Source: Bdellovibrionia bacterium (lineage in GTDB: Bacteria; Bdellovibrionota; UBA1018; JBILEK01). From it: a stretch of 64,000 nt of DNA. The stretch's first letter is position 1; each line of letters begins with the position of its first letter. The translations under genes were made by a program, and so were the position numbers. The DNA lies in the NCBI GenBank assembly GCA_044352155.1, contig JBILEK010000001.1, forward strand, positions 27,516 to 91,515, given 5' to 3'. Below, one piece after another: positions 47,786-56,585 of this stretch. Below the pieces are notes generated by a model, which ran no database searches, had not been told where the DNA came from, and worked only from the letters and a program-made list of their open reading frames with translations.

Positions 47786-48223
47786 TTACGACTTGGCGCG
47801 ACTCCGGAGCAGCTTTACCCATACCCAGTAGGGGCCCACAAGGAGTTGCAAGATGTTTCTTGTAAATGCAGGCGAGCGCTTTTCGTATCGCAGATGACCG
47901 ATGAGCTGCAGAATCCATCCTACCAAAAAAAGTCCCACATGGGTTTTAAGCGAAAAAGCTTGGCTCAGGACCAAAAAGGCAAAGAGCAAAAAGATAAATC
48001 CGATTTTTTTTAGCCATCGCTCTGGCAAAGTGACGAGATAAAAGATCGAGGCACTCACCCAAAGGATAAATCCCAGAGAGGTCTCCTCAGTGATCCGGAT
48101 CCGATTGCCGATACCTAAGATCGAAAACACGATGATGGGTACCGCAATCAGATGGATGCGCTGATTGACTCCGTTTTGATGATCTAGATCGTACTCTCGG
48201 ATGAGCGCCTTGAAGTCCATCAT
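47786..48223 (-). CDS. DUF962 (Mpo1/YGL010w-like) membrane protein
   Basis: Start chosen at MMDFK (48223). The longer ORF runs into tRNA-Arg. Carries HLIAVPIIVFS and GHLRYEKRSPAF ... QLLVGPYWV. Confidence 0.55.
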   Translation of the reverse strand: MMDFKALIREYDLDHQNGVNQRIHLIAVPIIVFSILGIGNRIRITEETSLGFILWVSASIFYLVTLPERWLKKIGFIFLLFAFLVLSQAFSLKTHVGLFLVGWILQLIGHLRYEKRSPAFTRNILQLLVGPYWVWVKLLRSRAKS

Positions 48224-48282
48224 CGTGAAGATTGTCCCAGAATAACGAAGGAGCGCGTAGTTGAAAAATGATGGATGAAAGA

Positions 48283-48360
48283 TGGCGGACCCGACAGGAT
48301 TCGAACCTATGACCTCCACATCCGTAGTGTGGCGCTCTAATCCAACTGAGCTACGGGTCC
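48283..48360 (-). tRNA. tRNA-Arg (anticodon ACG)
   Basis: Reverse complement GGACCCGTAGCTCAGTTGGATTAGAGCGCCACACTACGGATGTGGAGGTCATAGGTTCGAATCCTGTCGGGTCCGCCA. Confidence 0.8.
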
Positions 48361-48554
48361 GCTTTTAGAACGAAGTCCTGGGATACACGAAGCGCATTTA
48401 CGCTGCAAGGGTAACGTCAGCAGCTGAAACTCACGCCCGTGTAAGATCAGCTCCTCAGCAACTCCTTGTAACCGAACAAGATAATGCGGTGCAGCAGCGC
48501 GTGGGAGTTTTTGATCCGCTTGAATTCAAACTCACGCCATGGTGTTGTTGTCTC

Positions 48555-49148
48555 ATGCGCTTGCTCGTGGCTTCGGTGGGTCTCGTCTTAACGCTCTGCT
48601 CGTGTGGGGGGGTAACCTCGACAGATGTAAAGACCTGCAGCTTCGGGACACAGATTGCTACGGCGGGAGTGGGAGTCCGCATCAACGGCGGGACCTATCA
48701 GGGCGACGAAGTCGCTCAAGGCGTGTACCTATCTACTGCCCTCACTGTCTCCACCATCGAAGTCAAACTCCGGAGAACTGGAAGCCTCACAAGCCTCCTC
48801 CGAGCGTCCATACAAACGAACAGCTCCTCGGAGCCCAGTGGTACAGATGTTGGCGGATCGGCAACCGCTCTGACCACAAACATCGATAGCAGCTCAGGCG
48901 AGTGGGTCTCATTTGCGCTCAGTGCGAGCGCGTCTTTGTCAGCAAACACGCAATACTGGGTCGTGCTTCGCTCGCTTGCCGCGCAAGACACGAGCAACTA
49001 TGTGACTTGGCTTGGCAACTCAAGTAATCCGCTCACCGACGTTTTTGCAATGGCAGAGACCAGCACCTCGACCCCTGCAGTCTGGGTTGCCAGTGGTTCA
49101 GGACACTCGGCATTGACCGATCTTTTGGTAAGAATCGGATGCAACTAA
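48555..49148 (+). CDS. Ser/Thr-rich lipoprotein (hypothetical)
   Basis: Start chosen at MRLLVASVGLVLTLCSCGG (lipobox). The ORF opens at 48489. Confidence 0.45.
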   Translation: MRLLVASVGLVLTLCSCGGVTSTDVKTCSFGTQIATAGVGVRINGGTYQGDEVAQGVYLSTALTVSTIEVKLRRTGSLTSLLRASIQTNSSSEPSGTDVGGSATALTTNIDSSSGEWVSFALSASASLSANTQYWVVLRSLAAQDTSNYVTWLGNSSNPLTDVFAMAETSTSTPAVWVASGSGHSALTDLLVRIGCN

Positions 49149-49570
49149 CTCGGCATACTCTGATTCTATGGAGCGCTTTGATCGTATCAGGCTGCGGAAA
49201 CATCGGTGCAGCCCTCCCAAGAACTTCGTCCACCTGTAGCGCCGGGAGTGCTGCCTTACTGGTGAATGACGCCTCACTGCAGATTCTCTGTGGCTGCGAT
49301 GAGCCGCCAGGTACCCTTGCAGTCGCAGGCAGCTCCCTCACTTGCACGTTACCGATCAATACGGTGGTAACGTTTTTTTTCGCCGGCGGTACTCGTAACT
49401 TGCATCAGATCGTGTCCGTGGGCTCTCCTACGTTTGCTTCAAGTCCCATCTTTGATCCATTCAGTGAGACTCCAGTGCGTGCGCATAGCGTTTCACTTGG
49501 CGCGCTTGCCACCTATGCGTTTAGAGATGCGATCAATACGGCGATCTCGGGATCTTTGATCACTCGTTAA
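49139..49570 (+). CDS. lipoprotein (hypothetical, Cys-rich)
   Basis: Lipobox LIVSGCG. Overlaps the previous gene by 10 bp. Confidence 0.45.
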   Translation: MQLTRHTLILWSALIVSGCGNIGAALPRTSSTCSAGSAALLVNDASLQILCGCDEPPGTLAVAGSSLTCTLPINTVVTFFFAGGTRNLHQIVSVGSPTFASSPIFDPFSETPVRAHSVSLGALATYAFRDAINTAISGSLITR

Positions 49571-49602
49571 ATCCCGAGAAAAACATCGCCGCTGGGGCGC
49601 AC

Positions 49603-50010
49603 TTAGCGCGCGCGCTGCATCCTGCGCTCAGATCGTCTTTTCCGGAGCTCTTCTAACCGACGTTTTTGAACTTCAGGCGGCAGACTTCGAAACTTGTTCA
49701 TTTTCTCGCGGATCTGCGCGCGCTTTTCGGGCGGCAGGCTTCGAAACTCCTTAAATCGCTCTCGAAGTCTCGCACGCTGCTCAGGGGGTAGGTCTCGAAA
49801 ACGCTTGTAGCGCTCACGCAGACGATCTTGGTCTTGAGCGGGCATTGTTTTCCATTTTTTGAAGTTCTCTCTCGCGCGCTCCTTCTCCTCAGGACTTAAA
49901 CTATTCCAGCGCACTTGAGGATCAGGCGGAGGAGGAGAGCTCAAGTCCTGAGCGTACGCCAAGCTCTGAAGTCCAAACACTAAACTCAGTACTAGGAGCA
50001 CCTCTCTCAC
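49603..50010 (-). CDS. periplasmic DUF3106-like repeat protein
   Basis: Signal peptide plus four repeats of RERYK/FKxFRxLPPExR. GTG start abuts the upstream stop (TGAGTG). Confidence 0.6.
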   Translation of the reverse strand: MREVLLVLSLVFGLQSLAYAQDLSSPPPPDPQVRWNSLSPEEKERARENFKKWKTMPAQDQDRLRERYKRFRDLPPEQRARLRERFKEFRSLPPEKRAQIREKMNKFRSLPPEVQKRRLEELRKRRSERRMQRAR

Positions 50011-50167
50011 TCATCCCCCTTTACACTCTGAGATGCGGCCGTAGGATCTACTCCCTCAAGGGCATCGAGAGTCACAAAAAAATCTAAGTCCCGAAGAAGT
50101 TCTGTGTCGATCTCGTCTGCATATAATGAACTCGCCAGAGTCATTCCGAGCGATGCAATAAGCGCGA

Positions 50168-50488
50168 TCAAGAGCCCTCCGCCAAAAAATCAAAATTCTC
50201 AACCGTAAGCTCAATGTCTTGAAAATCAGCAAGAAGCTCATAATGCTCCAAAAGCTCCTGCTCAGAGAGCTCAGGAGCGTCCATGATTGGGGATCGCTCA
50301 AGAGTGACTAAAAAAAGCGCAAGCACAAGTGCTCCGCCTAGTGCAGCGGGGGCTAAAATCCAATTCCAATTTCTTTTACGAGACGCAGCCCCGAACTCTC
50401 CCTCAAAGCGGTCCCAAAACTCCAGATCCACTCGGGCCGAAGGTTGTCGCCCTAAGCGAGAGCGAAGTCGTCTATAGAAATCGCTCAT
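50168..50488 (-). CDS. membrane anti-sigma factor (apparently frameshifted; the full frame would run to 50011)
   Basis: Overlaps the ECF sigma gene by 4 bp. Cytoplasmic N-terminus, then a TM segment. A +1 shift in the T6 run at 50184-50189 adds 58 aa carrying a repeat of the preceding acidic motif. Confidence 0.5.
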   Translation of the reverse strand: MSDFYRRLRSRLGRQPSARVDLEFWDRFEGEFGAASRKRNWNWILAPAALGGALVLALFLVTLERSPIMDAPELSEQELLEHYELLADFQDIELTVENFDFLAEGS

Positions 50489-51048
50489 GACTCCTCCCGA
50501 AGCTCATCAATCAACTCTTTTTTGGCACGATGAAGAATCGATTTAAGTGCGCCCAAACTTAAATGCATCTCCTGAGCGATCTCCTCATAACTCCACTCCG
50601 AAAAAACACGGAGTGCGAGTGCTTGGCGCTGACGATCTGAGAGTCGCGCAAGAGCTTGCTCCAGACGCTGCTCATCCACGCGCTCAATCAACTGAACATC
50701 GGCAAGATCTGTGGCATCCACAGCTTGAATACTCTCTACATCTCGGGACTCATCCTGAGATGTGGAGAGGATCTCCTTTTTTTTTCGGAGATGATCTAAG
50801 CTTAAATTGCGCGCGATTTGAAAAATCCAAGACGAAACCGAAGCTTTGGGCTCAAACTGGTCGCGAAACCGATACACACGCAAAAAAGTCTCCTGCATAA
50901 TCTCTTCGGCTAGACTTTCATTGCGCAGCCAAACTCGAGTCATACTGAATACTGGACCTTTAAAGCGCGCATAAATCTTCTCAAACGCCCTTCGATCCCC
51001 CAGCTTGGCCGCGAGCATCCACTGTGTTTCTAGATCTGGCGCGATCAC
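50485..51048 (-). CDS. ECF (sigma-70 group IV) RNA polymerase sigma factor
   Basis: Region 2 (FLRVYRFRDQFEPKASVSSWIFQIARNLSLDHLRKK) and region 4 (SYEEIAQEMHLSLGALKSILHRAKKEL). Confidence 0.85.
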   Translation of the reverse strand: MIAPDLETQWMLAAKLGDRRAFEKIYARFKGPVFSMTRVWLRNESLAEEIMQETFLRVYRFRDQFEPKASVSSWIFQIARNLSLDHLRKKKEILSTSQDESRDVESIQAVDATDLADVQLIERVDEQRLEQALARLSDRQRQALALRVFSEWSYEEIAQEMHLSLGALKSILHRAKKELIDELREES

Positions 51049-51067
51049 TGCGCCTCCTATGTCAGAA

Positions 51068-51093
51068 TACGTATCACGCGTAAAATAGTTTCA
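51068..51093 (-). promoter_or_regulatory. ECF-type promoter TGAAAC-N16-CGTA, candidate autoregulatory promoter of the ECF operon
   Basis: Exact TGAAAC ... 16 nt ... CGTA (sigma-W-like AAC-N16-CGT architecture). It lies about 20 nt upstream of the ECF sigma start codon. Confidence 0.35.
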
Positions 51094-51322
51094 AATCATC
51101 CTAAGGGTCCGAAAAGAAAAGACAATCTTTTTTTTAAGCCGTGTGCTTTTAGGTCCTCATCGCTTGATCACAATTGGAAAACACCTCACCGATAGGACGC
51201 TCCATGAAATCTCTTTAAACGATCCTCGCTTTTGCGATGATTCCCAAATCACTTGCCGGTCGCTTAGATCGAAGTGACCAATCCCTGTCTCGCGAACAGG
51301 CTCTGCTGAGGAAAAGGAAAAA

Positions 51323-52120
51323 ATGCGACTCATTGCTCTTAAGTTTGCTCTTGTGACGTTTTTGATTCAACCCTCCCATGCAAACGAGGCGGGTAGTTCT
51401 GTTGAGCTCATCCAAGGGGGAGGGCGAAGTGGGTCTGTTTTTGGAAGCTTTAAACTCAGCTCAGAAACTGACCTTGGAGCATCGCTTTCTTCATCCTCCT
51501 ATCCTGGGGGCGATCGCGGAGATGCGCTCTCTGCTTGGACGCGATTTTACCTGGGCTCGTTCGCCAGCCTTAAAGTTCAGCTCGGCTCAAGTAAATCTCC
51601 CGACCTTGCTCGTGCGCTTGATCTTGGGTTGCACGCTGACTTTGAAGTCTCAGAGTTCTGGGGGCTTTCTTTTGGGTTTGACCGTACATTTTCATTCGAC
51701 TCTCCAGGTCTGAGTCTGAGTGCTGGGAGCTCGTTTGCGCCAGATGATGATTGGACGTTGGGATTAGAGCTCAGTGCAACGCGCGCCCTTGATGTGAGAT
51801 CGAAACGTAAACGCAGGCCCTCTCTCTCTTTGCGTCTCACTCCCTCTGGCACTGAAAGAACGGACTTTAGTTTTTGGGCATCACGAACGCTTGGATCAAA
51901 GTTCACTCTAGGTGTAAGCCTCACTCTCTCAAAAGTGCGCGCGTCCACTGCGGAGTCGATTCTTGAGATCGGGACCAACGCAAGTTATCAAATAACAGAG
52001 ACCTGGGCGCTTAACTCCACTGTCGCACGAAGTAAAAGTACCCTAGTGAGCTTGCCTGAGTGGGCAATGAGCTTTGGCGTGACCTACTCCTTTACGTCGG
52101 CAAAAGATGCCGAACCGTAG
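51323..52120 (+). CDS. putative outer-membrane beta-barrel protein
   Basis: Signal peptide, alternating amphipathic strands rich in S/G/T/L/F, and C-terminal ...VTYSFTSAKDAEP. Confidence 0.45.
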   Translation: MRLIALKFALVTFLIQPSHANEAGSSVELIQGGGRSGSVFGSFKLSSETDLGASLSSSSYPGGDRGDALSAWTRFYLGSFASLKVQLGSSKSPDLARALDLGLHADFEVSEFWGLSFGFDRTFSFDSPGLSLSAGSSFAPDDDWTLGLELSATRALDVRSKRKRRPSLSLRLTPSGTERTDFSFWASRTLGSKFTLGVSLTLSKVRASTAESILEIGTNASYQITETWALNSTVARSKSTLVSLPEWAMSFGVTYSFTSAKDAEP

Positions 52121-52187
52121 TAGGAAAAACTTTTCCATTTAGAACTAAGCCCAAGACGTCGATCGGTACCTCGGTAGCAGCGCAAGG

Positions 52188-52412
52188 ATGCGCACACAGG
52201 AGGACACCATGACTTCAAAGACAAAAAAAACTGATTCCATCGCACTCAGCACTGAAAATCGCACTCCAATCGAGCGCGAAGTCGACGTGCTTTATCAACG
52301 CATGGGAGATAAGTGGTACGCCTTCTCTGTGATTGATGACGAAGTTTTCATGGGGCCTGTAGAAAACATCGAGGGGATCCATGAGCAAGGGTCAAACACC
52401 TCGCGAAAATAG
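52188..52412 (+). CDS. small hypothetical protein (74 aa)
   Basis: ORF only. A second 54-aa ORF at 52381-52542 overlaps its 3' end. Confidence 0.3.
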   Translation: MRTQEDTMTSKTKKTDSIALSTENRTPIEREVDVLYQRMGDKWYAFSVIDDEVFMGPVENIEGIHEQGSNTSRK

Positions 52413-52576
52413 GGTCGCGATCAGCGTTTTGCGTCAAAAACTGATCGAGCGGATCACCGATAACCCTAAAAAAGCCGCAAAGATCTTGACGGAGTGGGTA
52501 AAGCTCGCTCCAAAAAAGCGCGAGTTAAAAAAAACGGGTTAAAATTTGATAAGCTCTAAGGCGGAGGGATTGCGCA

Positions 52577-52813
52577 ATGCTCCTTCGCCTTTTTGCTTAT
52601 CTTTCGCTCCTCACGGGGGCTTTAGCTTCAGGTTCCTTAGGTGCCGACTCGTTTGAGTCGGACTCAAGCGAAACTCTGCCTCAACGAGCCAATCGAGCTC
52701 CTGCAGTGCTGCCTCTCCCTACTGATCACCCCACCGACTTTGGCAATAGCGACCTTACGCTGATGCGCGAGGATGACTGGGTCGAAGGCACGCCCTCAGA
52801 GATCGAGCTTTAA
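52577..52813 (+). CDS. small secreted acidic protein (78 aa)
   Basis: Signal peptide MLLRLFAYLSLLTGALASGS. Confidence 0.3.
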   Translation: MLLRLFAYLSLLTGALASGSLGADSFESDSSETLPQRANRAPAVLPLPTDHPTDFGNSDLTLMREDDWVEGTPSEIEL

Positions 52814-52838
52814 GCTCGACGAAGCTCTCAGAAACTTC

Positions 52839-53318
52839 TTAGAGATAAAACAGCGAGACATCGCCTTTATCTTGATGTGCGTGCTCAGCGTACGACTTCA
52901 AAAACTGAACGAAACTCTTATATGCGTGAAAGGACTGTAGAGCTTGATCGACCTTGCAGCCATAGCGCACATAACGAACGCCACTCTCAATACACGGACG
53001 AGAGTTTTGAATTTGAAGAGAAATAGGCAAATACATGTCTTGATTCATGTACATGCGGATCTGAAAGTTCTCCAGATTTTTAGGCCATGGCTTTTCAGGA
53101 TTAAATGGCACTTGAAAAGATAGCCCTTCCTCACTGATGTCGACAATCTCGATTGCACGCATTTGCTCACCATCAACGACGGTGTACATGCCTAAGAGTT
53201 GCTTGAAAAACACACGCTCGGTTTTACGGCGCTTCTCTTCGAGCTTCTGCGTGCGGGCTTCGTTAAAGTCGATGACGTGCTCGTTCTTAGTCTTTTGAGG
53301 CATTTTAGTGCCCTCCAA
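52839..53318 (-). CDS. PilZ-domain (c-di-GMP-binding) protein
   Basis: RxxxR (RKTER) and DxSxxG (DISEEG) motifs. Confidence 0.6.
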   Translation of the reverse strand: MEGTKMPQKTKNEHVIDFNEARTQKLEEKRRKTERVFFKQLLGMYTVVDGEQMRAIEIVDISEEGLSFQVPFNPEKPWPKNLENFQIRMYMNQDMYLPISLQIQNSRPCIESGVRYVRYGCKVDQALQSFHAYKSFVQFLKSYAEHAHQDKGDVSLFYL

Positions 53319-53396
53319 AGACCTTTTCGGTCTAACGAGCGTCCACCTAAACGGGAAAGGGTTGCCTATGTGCCAAGAGGTTGACGCTCCAACGCC

Positions 53397-54464
53397 CTAG
53401 CCTGCTAACGCACGCCACTCGTCTAAAAACCCAGGATCAACGATTCGATATTTTCCATCTTCAAAAACAATGAGATCTGGCCTTTTCTTTCGGATGCGAT
53501 TGAGAAGATTTTTGAGTCGGTTTTCAGTCACATCAAGACTCAGTCGCGTGCCGTACATGTGCTCAATGATCTGATACTTGTCCTTGGCTCCTTCAACAAG
53601 AAACTTCAGTAGATCGACTTCGAGCTCTGAGAGATCTCCTTTTCCGCGGCCTCTAGATTTTTTCTGGCCTTCGGAAGCGAGGATGGGAACCACTGCTCCA
53701 CCCACCAGGGTTTGAATTTCCGGAAACTGCGAAGCCCGACAAAACTCTAAATCCTTAAGTGCTTCCTCCGGGCGATCAGTCGCCAAGAGGAGTTGATACT
53801 TTTGAAAAACGACACGAGCATGAACAAGTGAGTCCGCACGCTTTTTTGAAACCTCAACTGCGTCGCGAATTGATTTGACCGCAAGTTTCATGGCCGAGAG
53901 CTTTTGATACTCAAGTGAAATCCCCAAAAGCGCTAGCGCAGTGAGCTCATGCTCTTGAAGCTTTAAAGCTTTCCGATAAACGTAGTGGTAGTCTGCGATC
54001 AGTTTTTTAGTATCACTTCTCATTTTTCCTTCGACCAAAATTCGATAGTAAAAAGCCCAGAGAGATCTTACTTCAGCACCAATCCTGCCGAGCTCCTGGC
54101 TTGAGCGAAAAAAAAAGACCTTAGCCGATTCAAATTTGCCGCTCGCCTCCAGAAGCCGCGCTAACCCAAGAAACCCCTCCCCCTTCCAAAGCGGGAAGCG
54201 ATCAAACACTTCTAGATACTCTTGAAACGAATCGATATGCGGCGAAGGAGACAGAAGCTCAAAATCCAACTCAAGAATGAGTGCCAATGGAACTGCAGTT
54301 TGAGCCGGAAGTTTCTCACACTCTGCACGCAGCTGAAGGAGCAGATTGGAGTCTCGAGCACCTCTTGCTTGAAGGACTCGAAAATAAAACTGGTACTCGA
54401 TCGCGAGCTTCTCTTGAGGATCGACTCTTCCCTCTAATAGAGCAGCCAGCTGAGACTCAGACAT
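53397..54464 (-). CDS. hypothetical regulator: helical (TPR-like) N-terminal domain plus a C-terminal OmpR/PhoB-type winged helix
   Basis: C-terminus LSELEVDLLKFLVEGAKDKYQIIEHMYG ... RLKNLLNRIRKK ... resembles trans_reg_C. Confidence 0.45.
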   Translation of the reverse strand: MSESQLAALLEGRVDPQEKLAIEYQFYFRVLQARGARDSNLLLQLRAECEKLPAQTAVPLALILELDFELLSPSPHIDSFQEYLEVFDRFPLWKGEGFLGLARLLEASGKFESAKVFFFRSSQELGRIGAEVRSLWAFYYRILVEGKMRSDTKKLIADYHYVYRKALKLQEHELTALALLGISLEYQKLSAMKLAVKSIRDAVEVSKKRADSLVHARVVFQKYQLLLATDRPEEALKDLEFCRASQFPEIQTLVGGAVVPILASEGQKKSRGRGKGDLSELEVDLLKFLVEGAKDKYQIIEHMYGTRLSLDVTENRLKNLLNRIRKKRPDLIVFEDGKYRIVDPGFLDEWRALAG

Positions 54465-54531
54465 CGACCCTTACCCCCCCAACCTCTTTTCGGTAAGTGG
54501 GGATGAGCGCTAAAGGGTCAAAGCGATGACA

Positions 54532-54918
54532 CTACTTTTTCTGACTTTCGGAGAGGATATCGAGCATTTTTAAAAATGCGACGACTGCAGAGTGCGAACT
54601 ACCGCCCTGCTGAACAAACTCGACTCCAACCTGGCGACGCTTACCCCGAGGGATCAAACGCTTGACGGTCACTTTGAGCGGCAAAAAGAGTGACTGATTA
54701 AGATACAAGTGAAGTTCCATTTGCTCATCCGCTCGCAAGCTCATCAGCGCGGACTCATCCTCCTCAAGCTCCACCTCAAAACCAAGCCCAAGCTCGCTTA
54801 AGTCCAAGAGAGGCAGTCTTAAGTCCCCTTTCTTGGGGATCACGACAGACAAAGAGAACGTATCTAAAATCATGCGGCGCTTGGCTTTGCGGCGCTCAGC
54901 GGGGGTCACGGCTTTCAT
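54532..54918 (-). CDS. PilZ-domain protein
   Basis: RRKAKRR (RxxxR) and DLSELG (DxSxxG). Start overlaps the stop of the upstream gene (ATGA). Confidence 0.6.
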   Translation of the reverse strand: MKAVTPAERRKAKRRMILDTFSLSVVIPKKGDLRLPLLDLSELGLGFEVELEEDESALMSLRADEQMELHLYLNQSLFLPLKVTVKRLIPRGKRRQVGVEFVQQGGSSHSAVVAFLKMLDILSESQKK

Positions 54919-56558
54919 TGTTCACCTCTCTGGGGCATCCCGTTTGGCGTGAGTGGGAGTTGACCGGTGTTGAGAATTTTCTGAGCAAGCTCCGTTAAAC
55001 TCTTACTCGCGCGCGTATTGAGCTCGACTAGTTTTTGCTGAAAGTCCTCAGCACTGGACTGAGGCTGAAGAATGTAGCCGTTCATGAAGTTCAGCATCTC
55101 CACCAGCTGGAGCGAGGCTTCTTTGGTTTGCAGATAGAGACGACCGTGGAATTTACGCTCTTTCTCATCTGGCTGCCACTTCGAGAAAGTCTCTTGAAGT
55201 TGCGTATTCATTTTCACGAACTTCTCATAGAACTTATCCCAGTCCTTGCGGAGAGCCGTGCGCTTTGGCTCACGCGATAGAGCGGTGTACTTATCCACGG
55301 CTGAGTTAAAGAGCGATGAGAGCGTTGAGGAAAACTGCGTCAACTCCTCGAGCTGAGTCTTAGACTCTTCGCGCAGAAGCTCGTGATACTTACTGAGTCG
55401 CTCCCGGTACTGCGGATCGTTCTCTGCCCCACCGAAAAAAAACTCAGCCTGATACGCCACCTTGCGCCCCATCGGGACGGGATCGGGCAAGGCCTGCGCA
55501 GCTGGCGCTAGCCCTACAAGAACACTCCTGACCGGCTCAGACTGTGTGTCTGACTCATAGATATAAACCCAATAGGATCCAATCGGCACGGGACCGCCGT
55601 CATCACCCTTAAATCCCAGAAACCGCCCCAAAGAGCGCGCCACTGTAGCCTGCGCACTGAACTGAGACTTGAAGCGATTGAGGAGAGTCTCAGGCTTTCC
55701 GACTGCAACGAGCTCCAGATTTGTTCCCTCAGGCAGGTTTGTCCCAACAAAAATGATCCCCCCTTGAAGCAGGGCCTCAACGCGCAGCCCTTGATTTCGA
55801 AGTGGTGCTCGAGCCGCAAGCTCAAGAGGAGTGATTTGATCTGGTTTCAGCTCAGGAATCTCTGGAAGAGGCGAAATCCATCGCCCGAGCGCAGGAACAC
55901 GATCTCCCAGCATCCTCAAAAAAGGCCTCACATGAGGTTTCACTCCTTCAAGTAAGCCAAATTGATTTGCAAAATAACCTGAACCCGCAATCACAAATCC
56001 AATCAAAAACAAAACCAGCGCACTCCTCCGAGAGCTCGGTGCTTTGGGTTGAGCGGCGTTTTCTGATTGTGCTTGGGAGTGACTCGGCTGTTCCGCGACC
56101 AGCTCGGCCACTGGCGCCACATCGAGCGGGGCTTGTGGGGAGGGCTCTTGTTTAACGTCGGCGATCGGAATCGCGCTTAAGCTCTTCTCCTCGACGAGTA
56201 CGGGCTCAAAGTCTGCTGCCGACAGCTCAAGCGCTGGCTCAGGCGAAAGCGTTTCAGACGGCTGAGGGGACTCCGTGAAGTCGGGCTGCGGCTCGATTTT
56301 AAACGCTTCGTGTTGTGGCGAGAGGATCGTTTGAGTCGGTTGAGAAACGGATGGATGATCCGTCTTTCCGTTGACGAGGCTCTGGAAGTCGGTGACTTGC
56401 GTCATCGGCAACCAGTCTGACATCCCATCGCACCAAACATACTGCTGCGAATGAACGACTCCCTGTGCCACTTTGACTTGCACTTCGCTAAGGGAGAACG
56501 GGCCCTCATGGTGATCGCCCATGTAGACAAACCACTTTTTCTCGTTGAAGCTGTCCAC
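54915..56558 (-). CDS. membrane protein with N-terminal DUF4339 (GYF-like) domain, an acidic Pro-rich linker, one TM and a C-terminal periplasmic domain
   Basis: WFVYMGDHHEGPFSLSEVQ ... WCDGMSDWLP matches the DUF4339 pattern. TM segment ALVLFLIGFVIAGSGYFA. Confidence 0.55.
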   Translation of the reverse strand: MDSFNEKKWFVYMGDHHEGPFSLSEVQVKVAQGVVHSQQYVWCDGMSDWLPMTQVTDFQSLVNGKTDHPSVSQPTQTILSPQHEAFKIEPQPDFTESPQPSETLSPEPALELSAADFEPVLVEEKSLSAIPIADVKQEPSPQAPLDVAPVAELVAEQPSHSQAQSENAAQPKAPSSRRSALVLFLIGFVIAGSGYFANQFGLLEGVKPHVRPFLRMLGDRVPALGRWISPLPEIPELKPDQITPLELAARAPLRNQGLRVEALLQGGIIFVGTNLPEGTNLELVAVGKPETLLNRFKSQFSAQATVARSLGRFLGFKGDDGGPVPIGSYWVYIYESDTQSEPVRSVLVGLAPAAQALPDPVPMGRKVAYQAEFFFGGAENDPQYRERLSKYHELLREESKTQLEELTQFSSTLSSLFNSAVDKYTALSREPKRTALRKDWDKFYEKFVKMNTQLQETFSKWQPDEKERKFHGRLYLQTKEASLQLVEMLNFMNGYILQPQSSAEDFQQKLVELNTRASKSLTELAQKILNTGQLPLTPNGMPQRGEQ

Positions 56559-56585
56559 GCGGCCTTCATACTAGTCTGATTTGAA

